This document shows positions 28,872 through 38,200 of a DNA stretch of 63,493 nucleotides, one piece after another. The stretch's first letter is position 1. Every line of letters starts with the position of its first letter. The notes under the pieces are model-generated. The model was not told the origin of the DNA. It did not search any database and was given only the letters and a program-made list of their open reading frames with translations. Source of the stretch: Acidiferrobacterales bacterium (GTDB taxonomy: Bacteria; Pseudomonadota; Gammaproteobacteria; Acidiferrobacterales; JAJDNE01); NCBI GenBank assembly GCA_048060695.1, contig JBGMQT010000006.1, positions 1 through 63,493 of the forward strand. Reading direction: 5' to 3'. A program made the position numbers and the translations under genes.

Positions 28872-29819
28872 TCAGGATGACAGGCGCTCGCTGATGACTT
28901 CCATCAGTTTTGATGAAATATTCATATCGTATATCGAGTCTAGCTCGCGAATGCAGGTCGGGCTAGTGACGTTTATCTCGGTAAGATAGTCACCGATTAC
29001 ATCCAGTCCGACAAACAATAAACCCTTTTTGCGCAGTGTCGGCGCCACTTGCTGACAGATCCAGCGATCATGTTCGCTCAATTCCACGCCGACGCCTTCA
29101 CCGCCGGCGGCGAGGTTGCCGCGGGTCTCGCCTTTCATGGGGACGCGGGCCAGTGCATAGGGAACCGGTTCACCATCGATCAGCAAGATTCGTTTGTCAC
29201 CCTTGGTGATCTCCGGGATAAAACGTTGTGCCATGGCGTAACGACTGCCATGTTCGGTGAGTGTCTCGATGATGACACCGATGTTAGGGTCATCGCGGCG
29301 GACCCGGAAGACCATTGCACCACCCATGCCCCACAATGGTTTTACGACAATGTCGTCCTGTTCTTTAAGAAAGTCGCGAATTTGGGATTCCTTGCGCGAT
29401 ACCAGGGTGGGTGGAATGCATTGTGGAAACCATGCGGTATACATTTTTTCATTGGCGTCACGCAGACTTTGGCACCGGTTCACAACCAGTACACCTGCCG
29501 CTTCGGCTTGTTCGAGTATGTAGGTGGTGTAGATGTATTCTGTATCAAACGGCGGATCCTTGCGCATGAGGATGACATCCAGCTCGGCTAGCGGTTTCAC
29601 GCGGGCTTCCCCCATCTCAAACCAGTTATCCGCATCATAAGACACCTTCAGTTCACATGTCTGTGCGTAGGCTTTTCCATTTTGCAGAAAGAGGTCGCCT
29701 TGTTCCATATAGTGGATTGACCAGCCACGCGTCCGGGCTTCTACCAGCATGGCCAGTGTGCTGTCTTTCTTGACATTGATGGACCCGATCGGGTCCATCA
29801 CGACTCCGAGTTTAATCAT
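28872..29819 (-). CDS. gshB: Glutathione synthetase
   Basis: MDPI, MRKDPPFD, GDKRILL, RGNLAAGG, EINVTSPT. Confidence 0.97.
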   Translation of the reverse strand: MIKLGVVMDPIGSINVKKDSTLAMLVEARTRGWSIHYMEQGDLFLQNGKAYAQTCELKVSYDADNWFEMGEARVKPLAELDVILMRKDPPFDTEYIYTTYILEQAEAAGVLVVNRCQSLRDANEKMYTAWFPQCIPPTLVSRKESQIRDFLKEQDDIVVKPLWGMGGAMVFRVRRDDPNIGVIIETLTEHGSRYAMAQRFIPEITKGDKRILLIDGEPVPYALARVPMKGETRGNLAAGGEGVGVELSEHDRWICQQVAPTLRKKGLLFVGLDVIGDYLTEINVTSPTCIRELDSIYDMNISSKLMEVISERLSS

Positions 29820-29846
29820 GGCAAATATTTTTTGTCGTGAATTCGG

Positions 29847-31145
29847 TTATTGGAGGCTTGCCAGTTCGCGTGCCGCTGCCAACAGGGCCAGACGCGCTAT
29901 GACACCGTAGGCATAAAAGCGATTGGGAAAAGAATCAGGCGCCATGGTCTGGTCCGGGGTGGAACAGGATTCAGCGAAGGCCAGCGGCTCAAAATGCATG
30001 CCCGGTGCATTGAGATTTTCGTTGGTACCACGTTCAGTATGGACACGATAGAAGCCACCGATAACAAAATGATCGATCATGTACACAACAGGTTCGGCCA
30101 CCGCGCGTGCGTCGCCCCAGGTTTCATTGGTGTAGACACCTTCCTGCACAATGACATCACTCACTATTTGTCCTTCCTTAATCTTCGCCATTTTGGTTCT
30201 CTGTTTTCGATTGAGGTCACGCACCTCTTCGACCGAGCGTACGGTCATAATACCCATACCGTAAGTACCGGCGTCAGCTTTCACGATGGCATAGGGTTCG
30301 TCATCGATACCATTTTGATCGTATTTCTGCTGGATTTGCTTAAGCAATTCACCCACATTTTTTGCAACACAGTCTTCACCTTCGCGCTTCTGGAAATTGA
30401 TCTTGCCGCATTTACGAAACATGGGATCTATCAACCAGGGATCAATACCGATCAGTTCGGCAAATTCATTCACACAGCGAGAGTAAAGTGCAAAGTGGTC
30501 CGACTTGCGTCTGAGGTTCCAGCCGATATCCAGTGGCGGGACCACAGATTGTTCCAGATTGGTCAGCTGTTCCGGTCGCCCACCGGATAGATCGTTGTTG
30601 AGCAGGATAAAATCGGGGTCAAATTTCTTGAGGCGCAGGCGGTTGCCATCTTTTATGGTCGGTTCGAGCGTGACTGATCGACCCGAGGGCAGCCCGATGG
30701 TCCGTGGTTCGGTCAAATCCGGAATCAGTGAACCGATACGCACATCGTAGCCGGCAAGGCTCAATATCTCGGTGAGTGATACCAGGCTTTCGAGGTAGAA
30801 CAGGTTACGTGTATGACTTTCCGGCACAATCAGGATACGAATGGCCTCGGGGTCGATGCGTTCGATGGCCAGTTGTACGGCCTGGACGCCGAGGGGCAGG
30901 AAGGCCGGATTGAGATTATTGAATCCTGCCGGAAACAGATTGGTGTCCACCGGCGCCAGCTTGAAACCGGCATTGCGTAAATCCACCGACGCATACAGGG
31001 GCGCCGGTGTTTGCCGCCACTGGGCACGGAACCACTGTTCGATCTGCGCCTGGTGGTCCAGCAGGAGAGCCTCGATTTCTTGCAACGGGCCGGTAAGCGC
31101 TGTGGTCAGATTGGGTACGGCATGCAGATGTTCGTATTTCGTCAT
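29847..31145 (-). CDS. gshA: Glutamate--cysteine ligase (Acidithiobacillus/beta-proteobacterial type)
   Basis: SVDLRNAGFKLAPVDTNLFPAGFNNL, GTYGMG, NLNAPG; directly upstream of gshB. Confidence 0.94.
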   Translation of the reverse strand: MTKYEHLHAVPNLTTALTGPLQEIEALLLDHQAQIEQWFRAQWRQTPAPLYASVDLRNAGFKLAPVDTNLFPAGFNNLNPAFLPLGVQAVQLAIERIDPEAIRILIVPESHTRNLFYLESLVSLTEILSLAGYDVRIGSLIPDLTEPRTIGLPSGRSVTLEPTIKDGNRLRLKKFDPDFILLNNDLSGGRPEQLTNLEQSVVPPLDIGWNLRRKSDHFALYSRCVNEFAELIGIDPWLIDPMFRKCGKINFQKREGEDCVAKNVGELLKQIQQKYDQNGIDDEPYAIVKADAGTYGMGIMTVRSVEEVRDLNRKQRTKMAKIKEGQIVSDVIVQEGVYTNETWGDARAVAEPVVYMIDHFVIGGFYRVHTERGTNENLNAPGMHFEPLAFAESCSTPDQTMAPDSFPNRFYAYGVIARLALLAAARELASLQ

Positions 31146-31585
31146 AAGTGTGACTGAATTTGAGCGAATCAGGAATCAGTGTGGCTAAAAGTGTACATTG
31201 ATAAATGAGTCAGGAAAGCGTTTTTTTAGGGTTATTTTGGTCTGTGTTGGGAGTAGAGTGCGAAGCAAGAGTCTCTCGGTGGTTAACGGTATGGATCGTG
31301 CTATATAAGTGATGATGAGTCCCTGAAACCCCGCGAGGTGGAGGCAGGAAACGCCCGGGAAACAGGCGAATTTTGCACCAAAATTGGTCAACGGTCAGAC
31401 AGGATTCATGCCGCATTTTGCGCATAAAAATGGATTTTAAGAGGAATTTGTGCTAACAAATCATTATCATAGATGGGATATTGAATAAATTACATTCAGT
31501 TTCTCCGTTGATGGGATACTTAAATGATGGCGGTGCCAGGGAAATCGGGCAGCGCTGTTATGTGCGCATGTAGGGTGGGGACGGA

Positions 31586-31960
31586 GTGACAATAAAAGTA
31601 ATGATAATTGACGACAGTAATACCATCCGCCGTACCGCGGAGGCGTTACTCAAGAAGGCAGGTTATGAAGTGCATACGGCCACCGACGGGTTTGAGGCAA
31701 TGTCTATTATCGCGGATACCGAGCCGGATATTGTGTTTGTGGACATTATGATGCCGCGGTTGGACGGGTACCAGACCTGTCAGCTGATCAAGAACAACAA
31801 AAAGTTCAAGGACACACCCGTGGTGATGTTGTCCAGCAAGGACGGGTTGTTCGATCGTGCCCGTGGTCGTATCGCAGGCTCGGAAGAACATATTAATAAA
31901 CCGTTTACACAGGAAGAATTAATCGATGTGATAGACAAATACGTGAATAAGGCAGCCTGA
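31586..31960 (+). CDS. pilG: Twitching motility response regulator PilG
   Basis: IDDSNTIRRTAE, DIMMPRLDGYQTC, SSKDGLFD. Confidence 0.95.
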   Translation: MTIKVMIIDDSNTIRRTAEALLKKAGYEVHTATDGFEAMSIIADTEPDIVFVDIMMPRLDGYQTCQLIKNNKKFKDTPVVMLSSKDGLFDRARGRIAGSEEHINKPFTQEELIDVIDKYVNKAA

Positions 31961-32032
31961 ACGATGGTTTTGTTCTGGAACAGGCGCACGAAACAAAAGC
32001 AAAATAGACACAACTGAATACGGAGTTACTTC

Positions 32033-32395
32033 ATGGCCATACAAACTGTACTTGTCGTTGACGATTCACCTACCGACACACACGTTTTAACCGAGATGTT
32101 GAAAAAGAACGGTTTCAGCGTGATCACAGCGTCCAGTGGCGAAGAGGGTATCGAAACGGCACGGGCACAAAGGCCGGATCTGGTAATAATGGATGTGGTA
32201 ATGCCAGGCATGAGCGGTTTTGAGGCCACGCGAGCCATTGCCAAGGATAAGGAGACCGGTGGCATTCCGGTGATTATTTGCACTACCAAGGATCAGGAGA
32301 CTGACAAGGCCTGGGGTCTGCGGCAGGGCGCATCGGATTATGTTGTCAAACCAGTACAGGAAAAAGAGTTAATTACGAAAATCGGTGCGATCTAG
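32033..32395 (+). CDS. pilH: Response regulator PilH
   Basis: VDDSPT, DVVMPGMSGFEATR, KDQETDKAWGLRQGA. Confidence 0.95.
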   Translation: MAIQTVLVVDDSPTDTHVLTEMLKKNGFSVITASSGEEGIETARAQRPDLVIMDVVMPGMSGFEATRAIAKDKETGGIPVIICTTKDQETDKAWGLRQGASDYVVKPVQEKELITKIGAI

Positions 32396-32450
32396 CCCGG
32401 TAACGATGCCGGAAAACGAGACAGCGTGAGCGCAATGGTGAGTACAGGAC

Positions 32451-32981
32451 ATGTCTAATCCACTCGACTTGCTGCAACAGATGCAGCGGCAAAGTATTAC
32501 CGGCATGCCTGCGTTGCCGGATGAGGAGAAGTTTGCACAGCTCTGGTCGGGTGTTGGTTTTCGTATCGGTGACATGCACCTGGTTGCCCCCCTGGATCAG
32601 GTAACCGAAGTGCTGCATTGTCCCGAGTTGACGCCGGTGCCTGGAACCAGAAAATGGTTAAAAGGCGTGGCCAATGTACGCGGAAATCTGGTAACCATTG
32701 TTGATTTACCGGAATTTTTTGGCAAAAAGTCGGTGCAGGTTGATCCGGGAGCACGACTGCTGGTGATGAATGTAGAAGGTTTGCATACGGCGCTATTGGT
32801 TGACGAAGTTTTTGGTTTGCGTCATTTCGACGAGGAAGAGGAAAAACAGGAATTGGCCGGTATGGATGATCCGGCGGGCGCCTATTTAAGCGGCGCATTT
32901 TTTAAAGACAACGTGTTGTGGGGTGTGTTTGACATGAAGGCACTGGCGGATAGCGCAAGTTTCCTGAGAGTGGCCGCCTGA
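32451..32981 (+). CDS. pilI: CheW-like protein PilI
   Basis: WSGVGFRIG, VPGTRKWLKGVANVRG. Confidence 0.93.
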   Translation: MSNPLDLLQQMQRQSITGMPALPDEEKFAQLWSGVGFRIGDMHLVAPLDQVTEVLHCPELTPVPGTRKWLKGVANVRGNLVTIVDLPEFFGKKSVQVDPGARLLVMNVEGLHTALLVDEVFGLRHFDEEEEKQELAGMDDPAGAYLSGAFFKDNVLWGVFDMKALADSASFLRVAA

Positions 32982-33083
32982 TGACGCAGCGAAGGAACAG
33001 GAAGTCCGGTTTGAACAGCTCGCTGAGGGTGAGTAGGTTGATGCTGGAATTAAATGATTTGCCTGGCTACCGAGGTATCGATT

Positions 33084-35222
33084 ATGGCTCTATCAGGATT
33101 ATTTAAACGAAAAAATCAGACACTGGATTACCCGTCGGAAGATATCATTGACCTGTCCGCAGGGGAGATTGGCGAGATTTCACCATCGGGTGGAGAGCGG
33201 TCACCGCGTGGTGCCGGGCAGAACTTATTCGGTTTCCTGAATGGATTGCCGTTTTTACTGGGTGGCCTGGTGATTTCCTTTATCACGGTGGCGTGGATAT
33301 TCGGTACCAATGCACAACTCGCGGACCGTGACGCAAAGTTTATTGAACAATCCTCCCAGTTACTCATGTTGTCGCAGCGACTGGCAAAGGATGCACGAGA
33401 AGCAGTACGAGGTGAGACAACCGCATTCACCGGTTTGAAGAAGTCACGTGATGTTTTCGAGCGTATCATCAGCTCACTGCGAATTGGCAATAGCGGAATG
33501 GGTATTTCAGCCAGCCCTGATGATATCCAGAACGATGAACTGGCCAGGGTTATCAAGCTTTGGGCGCCAAAACGTGGTGAAGGCATACGCGGTGACGTTG
33601 ACCAGATTCTCAGTCAGCGTAAGCCCATGCTGGCCATGAATGAACACGTGCTGAAAATTAACCAACTGGCCCCCTTATTATTGGCGATCTCGGACGAAGT
33701 GGTGGAGCTTGGCGCGGAAACGGGTATGCGTTCCGAACAACTGTATATCGCTTCACGTCAGGGAATGTTGAGCCAGCGAATTGCCAAGGATGTGAACTTG
33801 TTCGCCAAAGGTGGCAACGAAGCGGCGGTGGCCGCCGCCCAGTTCGGTAAGGATTCCAAACTGTTTAAAGATTCCCAGCGTCGCTTGCTCCGTGTGGCGC
33901 CACGTGCAGTACGCCCGAAGTTGAAAGAAGCCAGTGAAGTATTTGATGAAATGAATGCACGTATCGAAGGCATTCTTAGCAAGGCAGCGGAACTGTTTGT
34001 CTCTCAGCGCGCCTCAGCGTCAGTGTTCAAAAACTCGGATCCACTATTGGGCGCATCCGAGAAGTTGGTGGAAAGTTATATCAAGTTGGGTGCTGATCGT
34101 GCCTGGTTGGAGCAAGCCACCTGGTTGATGGGCGCTATCACCATCGCATTCATGCTGTTGCTGGGCAGGAAACTGGTGGGGGATGAACGCGCCCGTGCTC
34201 GTGAGCAAGAAGGGCAGAACAGGCAGACTCAGGACGCGATTCTGAAACTGCTGGATGAAATGGGTGACCTCGCGGATGGCGACCTCACTATTGAGCCGGA
34301 GGTAACCGAGCAGATCACGGGTGCGATAGCGGATTCTATCAACTTCGCCGTGAAAGAGATGCGTGCCCTGGTTTCTCGAATCAAACACGCTGCTCAAGAG
34401 GTGGCAATGGCATCAGAGCGTTCACGTCAAACGGCAACGGAGCTGACGGAAGCGACGTTGCGACAGGCGGCACAGATTACCGAAACGACCGACCGCGTGA
34501 TGGAGATGGCCAAGTCGCTGGAACACATGTCGCAATCGGCGGAGCAAAGCGCCGAGGTGGCACAGGGCTCCGTGTCGACCGCGAAACGGGGCGCTAATGC
34601 GGTGCACGATACCATCACCGGTATGGATGACATGCGCGAGCAGATTCAGGAAACGGCGAAACGAATCAAACGACTGGGTGAATCCTCGCAACAAATTGGT
34701 GAAATCGTTGAGCTCATTACCGATATCGCCGAGCAAACCAACATCCTGTCATTGAACGCAGCGATTCAGGCGGCCATGGCCGGTGAGGCAGGTCGAGGTT
34801 TCGCGGTGGTGGCGGACGAAGTGCAGCGCCTCGCAGAACGTTCCGGTGAGGCCACCAAGCAGATCGCCGAACTCGTTAAAACCATTCAGGCGGATACCAA
34901 CGGGGCGGTGGCCTCTATGGAGCAAGCCACGAATGGTGTGGTCGAGGCGACACGACTGGCGGATGCAGCCGGTCAGGCGTTGGGCGAGATTGAATCGGTT
35001 AACGAACAGCTATCGTCCCTGATTGTAGATATTGCTAATGATGCCCGCACCAGCTCTGAATCGGCGACGGTGGTATCCGGCAGTATGGCGCAAATTCAGG
35101 AAACGACGACACTGACGTCCAGTGGTACGCGGCAAACGTCAGAAAGTATCGGTCGATTGTCGGATTTGGCGCGCGAACTGCAGGCCTCTGTGGCCGGCTT
35201 CAAGCTGCCCGCTGAAATATAA
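33084..35222 (+). CDS. pilJ: Methyl-accepting chemotaxis protein PilJ
   Basis: Two TM segments, [45 protein letters not shown]; ATG 33084 with GAGGT RBS. Confidence 0.95.
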   Translation: MALSGLFKRKNQTLDYPSEDIIDLSAGEIGEISPSGGERSPRGAGQNLFGFLNGLPFLLGGLVISFITVAWIFGTNAQLADRDAKFIEQSSQLLMLSQRLAKDAREAVRGETTAFTGLKKSRDVFERIISSLRIGNSGMGISASPDDIQNDELARVIKLWAPKRGEGIRGDVDQILSQRKPMLAMNEHVLKINQLAPLLLAISDEVVELGAETGMRSEQLYIASRQGMLSQRIAKDVNLFAKGGNEAAVAAAQFGKDSKLFKDSQRRLLRVAPRAVRPKLKEASEVFDEMNARIEGILSKAAELFVSQRASASVFKNSDPLLGASEKLVESYIKLGADRAWLEQATWLMGAITIAFMLLLGRKLVGDERARAREQEGQNRQTQDAILKLLDEMGDLADGDLTIEPEVTEQITGAIADSINFAVKEMRALVSRIKHAAQEVAMASERSRQTATELTEATLRQAAQITETTDRVMEMAKSLEHMSQSAEQSAEVAQGSVSTAKRGANAVHDTITGMDDMREQIQETAKRIKRLGESSQQIGEIVELITDIAEQTNILSLNAAIQAAMAGEAGRGFAVVADEVQRLAERSGEATKQIAELVKTIQADTNGAVASMEQATNGVVEATRLADAAGQALGEIESVNEQLSSLIVDIANDARTSSESATVVSGSMAQIQETTTLTSSGTRQTSESIGRLSDLARELQASVAGFKLPAEI

Positions 35223-35277
35223 CCGGACTTTGCCCTGACCCGGACACGAGACAGGGCAATGCTGAGCAACCGAACAA

Positions 35278-38200
35278 ATGAGTACGTATAGCCAGGTCGA
35301 TACCAGCACGCTGGGATGGGTAAAGGCCGAAATTGATGAGACGTTAAAACAGGCAAGGTTGTCGCTAGAGACCTTTGCCGATGATACCTCCGACGATTCA
35401 CGGTTGCGTTACTGCATAACCCATCTACATCAAGTGGTGGGTACCCTGCTCATGGTGGAGCTGGATGGCGCTGCCAGTCTCGCGAAAGAAACCGAGTCCC
35501 TGGCAGACGCGGTTTATAAAGGTGAGACCGAGCCCAGCGAGGCAGTCTTCGAGGCACTAACCCGCGGCATTCTTTCCATTCCCGATCACTTGGCACGTCT
35601 GCAATTTGGCCAGGTCGATTCTCCCCTGCGTTTACTTCCGCTGATCAATGATTTGCGTATTGCCCATGGTATTAAGCCGATTAGTGAGCTGGATCTGTTC
35701 ACCCCTGACCTGTCGGTGCGGCCACCGGAAAACAAAGATGCGGAAAAACTCCGTGATCCGGCGTTTCTAAAACTGGCGAAGCAACTGCGCCACCCTTTTC
35801 AGCAGGCCCTGCTGAGTTGGCTGCGTAATGGCGAGGACCAAATTTCGCTGGAAAAAATGGCACAGGTGATCGACGATTTACGCGATAAGGCGCGTATTGC
35901 TTCAATCGAACAGTTGTTCTGGGCGGCGGGCGCGATGATTGAGGCATTTCACGATGGTGGTCTTGATGCGACCAATGAGCGCAAACGTTTGGTCTCGAGA
36001 CTCGATCAGAACATGAAAAAGCTGATCGATGGTGTGGACAAGTCCACGCTGCGGGCGGCATCTGAAGATTTGTTGAAATCAATGTTGCTCGAGGTTGGTT
36101 ACGCAACATCGGGCGGTATCCGGGTGAGTCAGCTGAAGCAGGCTTTTGCGCTTGACACACTGGTACCACAGAAACTGGATTCCGATGCAGACATCGAAGA
36201 TTTGCCTACCCCCGAGGCGCTGAAGTCGGTGGCCGAGGCACTGGGACAGGAAATTACTGATGCCCAGGAAATTCTTTCCGGTTTCTTCGACGAAGAGGCG
36301 GATGAAACTGATTCGCTGGAGCCGGTGTTGCCGTTGTTTCACACGATGTCGAACACACTGGAGATGTTGGGTATCAAGCCACTGAAAGCGCTGACGGATG
36401 AGTTAACCGAGACGTCGAAGGCCGTGATCGACGGGGTTATTACCGATATCGAGGTGGCATCCATGCCCATGGCGCGCGCCTTGTTGATTATCGAACAAAG
36501 CACGAAAGAGATGCACGGTTCCCCTGTGGTGTGGAAGCAGCAAGTGGATGATGCCATCTGGGTATTAAGGAGCCTCTACAGTGACGACCTCGAAGCTCCG
36601 ACGACAGAAGGTCTGGAAGTTTCCGATGACGCGCTGAGTGATATTGAATTCAAGCAACTGGCGGCTGTAGTTGGCGAGGAAGTTCGCGTCAACCTCACCA
36701 AGATCGAGGAAATACTGGAAACCTTCGCCGCCAATCCTTCGAAAGTAGAAGTATTGAAGGAGGTGCCGCAGAACCTGATACAGATTCAGGGTGCATTGCA
36801 GATTCTGGGGCAGGATCGTGCCTCGGAGTTTACGTTGCGAACGAGTAACTATGTTGATCAAGTGGTCGATGGCAAGTTGTCACCAACACCAGCTGTACTC
36901 GATGGATTGGCAGTTTCTGTTGGCACCATCGGTGCGTATGTCGAAGGATTGCAGTTCAACCGCGCCAGTCTGGATTTGCTGATTGACGCGGCCGAGCAGG
37001 ATATGGAACGGGCTATTGCCAGAGGCGGCGAAGTGGTTGCTATGACCACCAAGCCGGGTAGGAGTCTGAAGGAACTGGCGATTGAGTTTGAAAAGGCGGT
37101 CACCCGATGGACCAACGACACCGGCAATGATAGCGCCCGGTCCCGTGTCGATGACGGACTACGCGATATTATTTCCGTTGCGGGTCGATTGCAGAATGAC
37201 GTCGTGAGCCAGATAGGTGAACAAATGAACACGTTGCTTGAGATTGTGGATGAAGACCCATCCCGGATAAGTAACGACCTGATTGCCACCTTACGTCAAT
37301 CTGCAGCCAAACTTGTGGATCTCGCTGACCAGGAAATCGAACCCACATCCGCAGCGGTAACTCCGGTGCTCACCCCGGGCAGTGCAGCCCCCCCACCGGC
37401 GCCATTTTCAGATGATATTGATGAAGAAATTATGGAGATCTTCATCGAAGATGCCCAGGATTGCATTCAGAGTATCAATAAGGAATTCCCTCGCTGGCGT
37501 GAAAAACCGGACGACAAGGAAAGGCTGAAAGAGTTACGCAGAAACTACCATACGCTCAAGGGCAGTGGCCGTATGGTCGGTGCGTCGGATATTTCCGAGC
37601 TGGCCTGGGCCGTCGAGAGCATGCTGAATAAGGTGCGTGACAACAAAATCAAATATTCAGACAAGTTGTTCGCCCTGCTTGAACAGGTTGCTGCGGTATT
37701 GCCGGAGATGGTTGTGCATCTGCAGGGTGGGCCCGCTACGGCAGTAAATTTTGAAGCCCTGCGGTTACTGGCCGATGAATTTGCTGCCGGCAATCAACCG
37801 GACGTGCCGGCCGGTCCTACCATAACAGCACGCACAGCCGGCACAGTAGTGCCAACGCCTGGTATCAGGCCAGTCCCCACGGCAGAAGTCATCGAGCCTG
37901 TTTTCGGAGTACCGTCAGTGGGTGTGGGCATCCTGCCGCAACTGGATGAAACCTTGCTGCAGATATTCACGGTAGAGGCGCGTGGCCATCTGTCAACACT
38001 GGAAGAAGAAATCTCTGCGTGTCGTGCTGCCGGTGGTTGTACGGTTTCCGCCAACCTGATTCGGGCAACCCACACCCTGCGTGGCAGTGGGCGATCAGTT
38101 GGCCTTCAGTTCATGTCCGATGCCTGCGGCAACATGGAGAAACTGTTGCAGGAGCTTGAGACGCTGCAACAAACCCTCAATGAAACGCACCTGAATTTCC

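Noticed and set aside
31309-31365. TGATGAG...GAAAC suggesting a hammerhead ribozyme
   Set aside because: Core reads AUGAUGA, not CUGANGA, and stems I-III cannot be formed convincingly.
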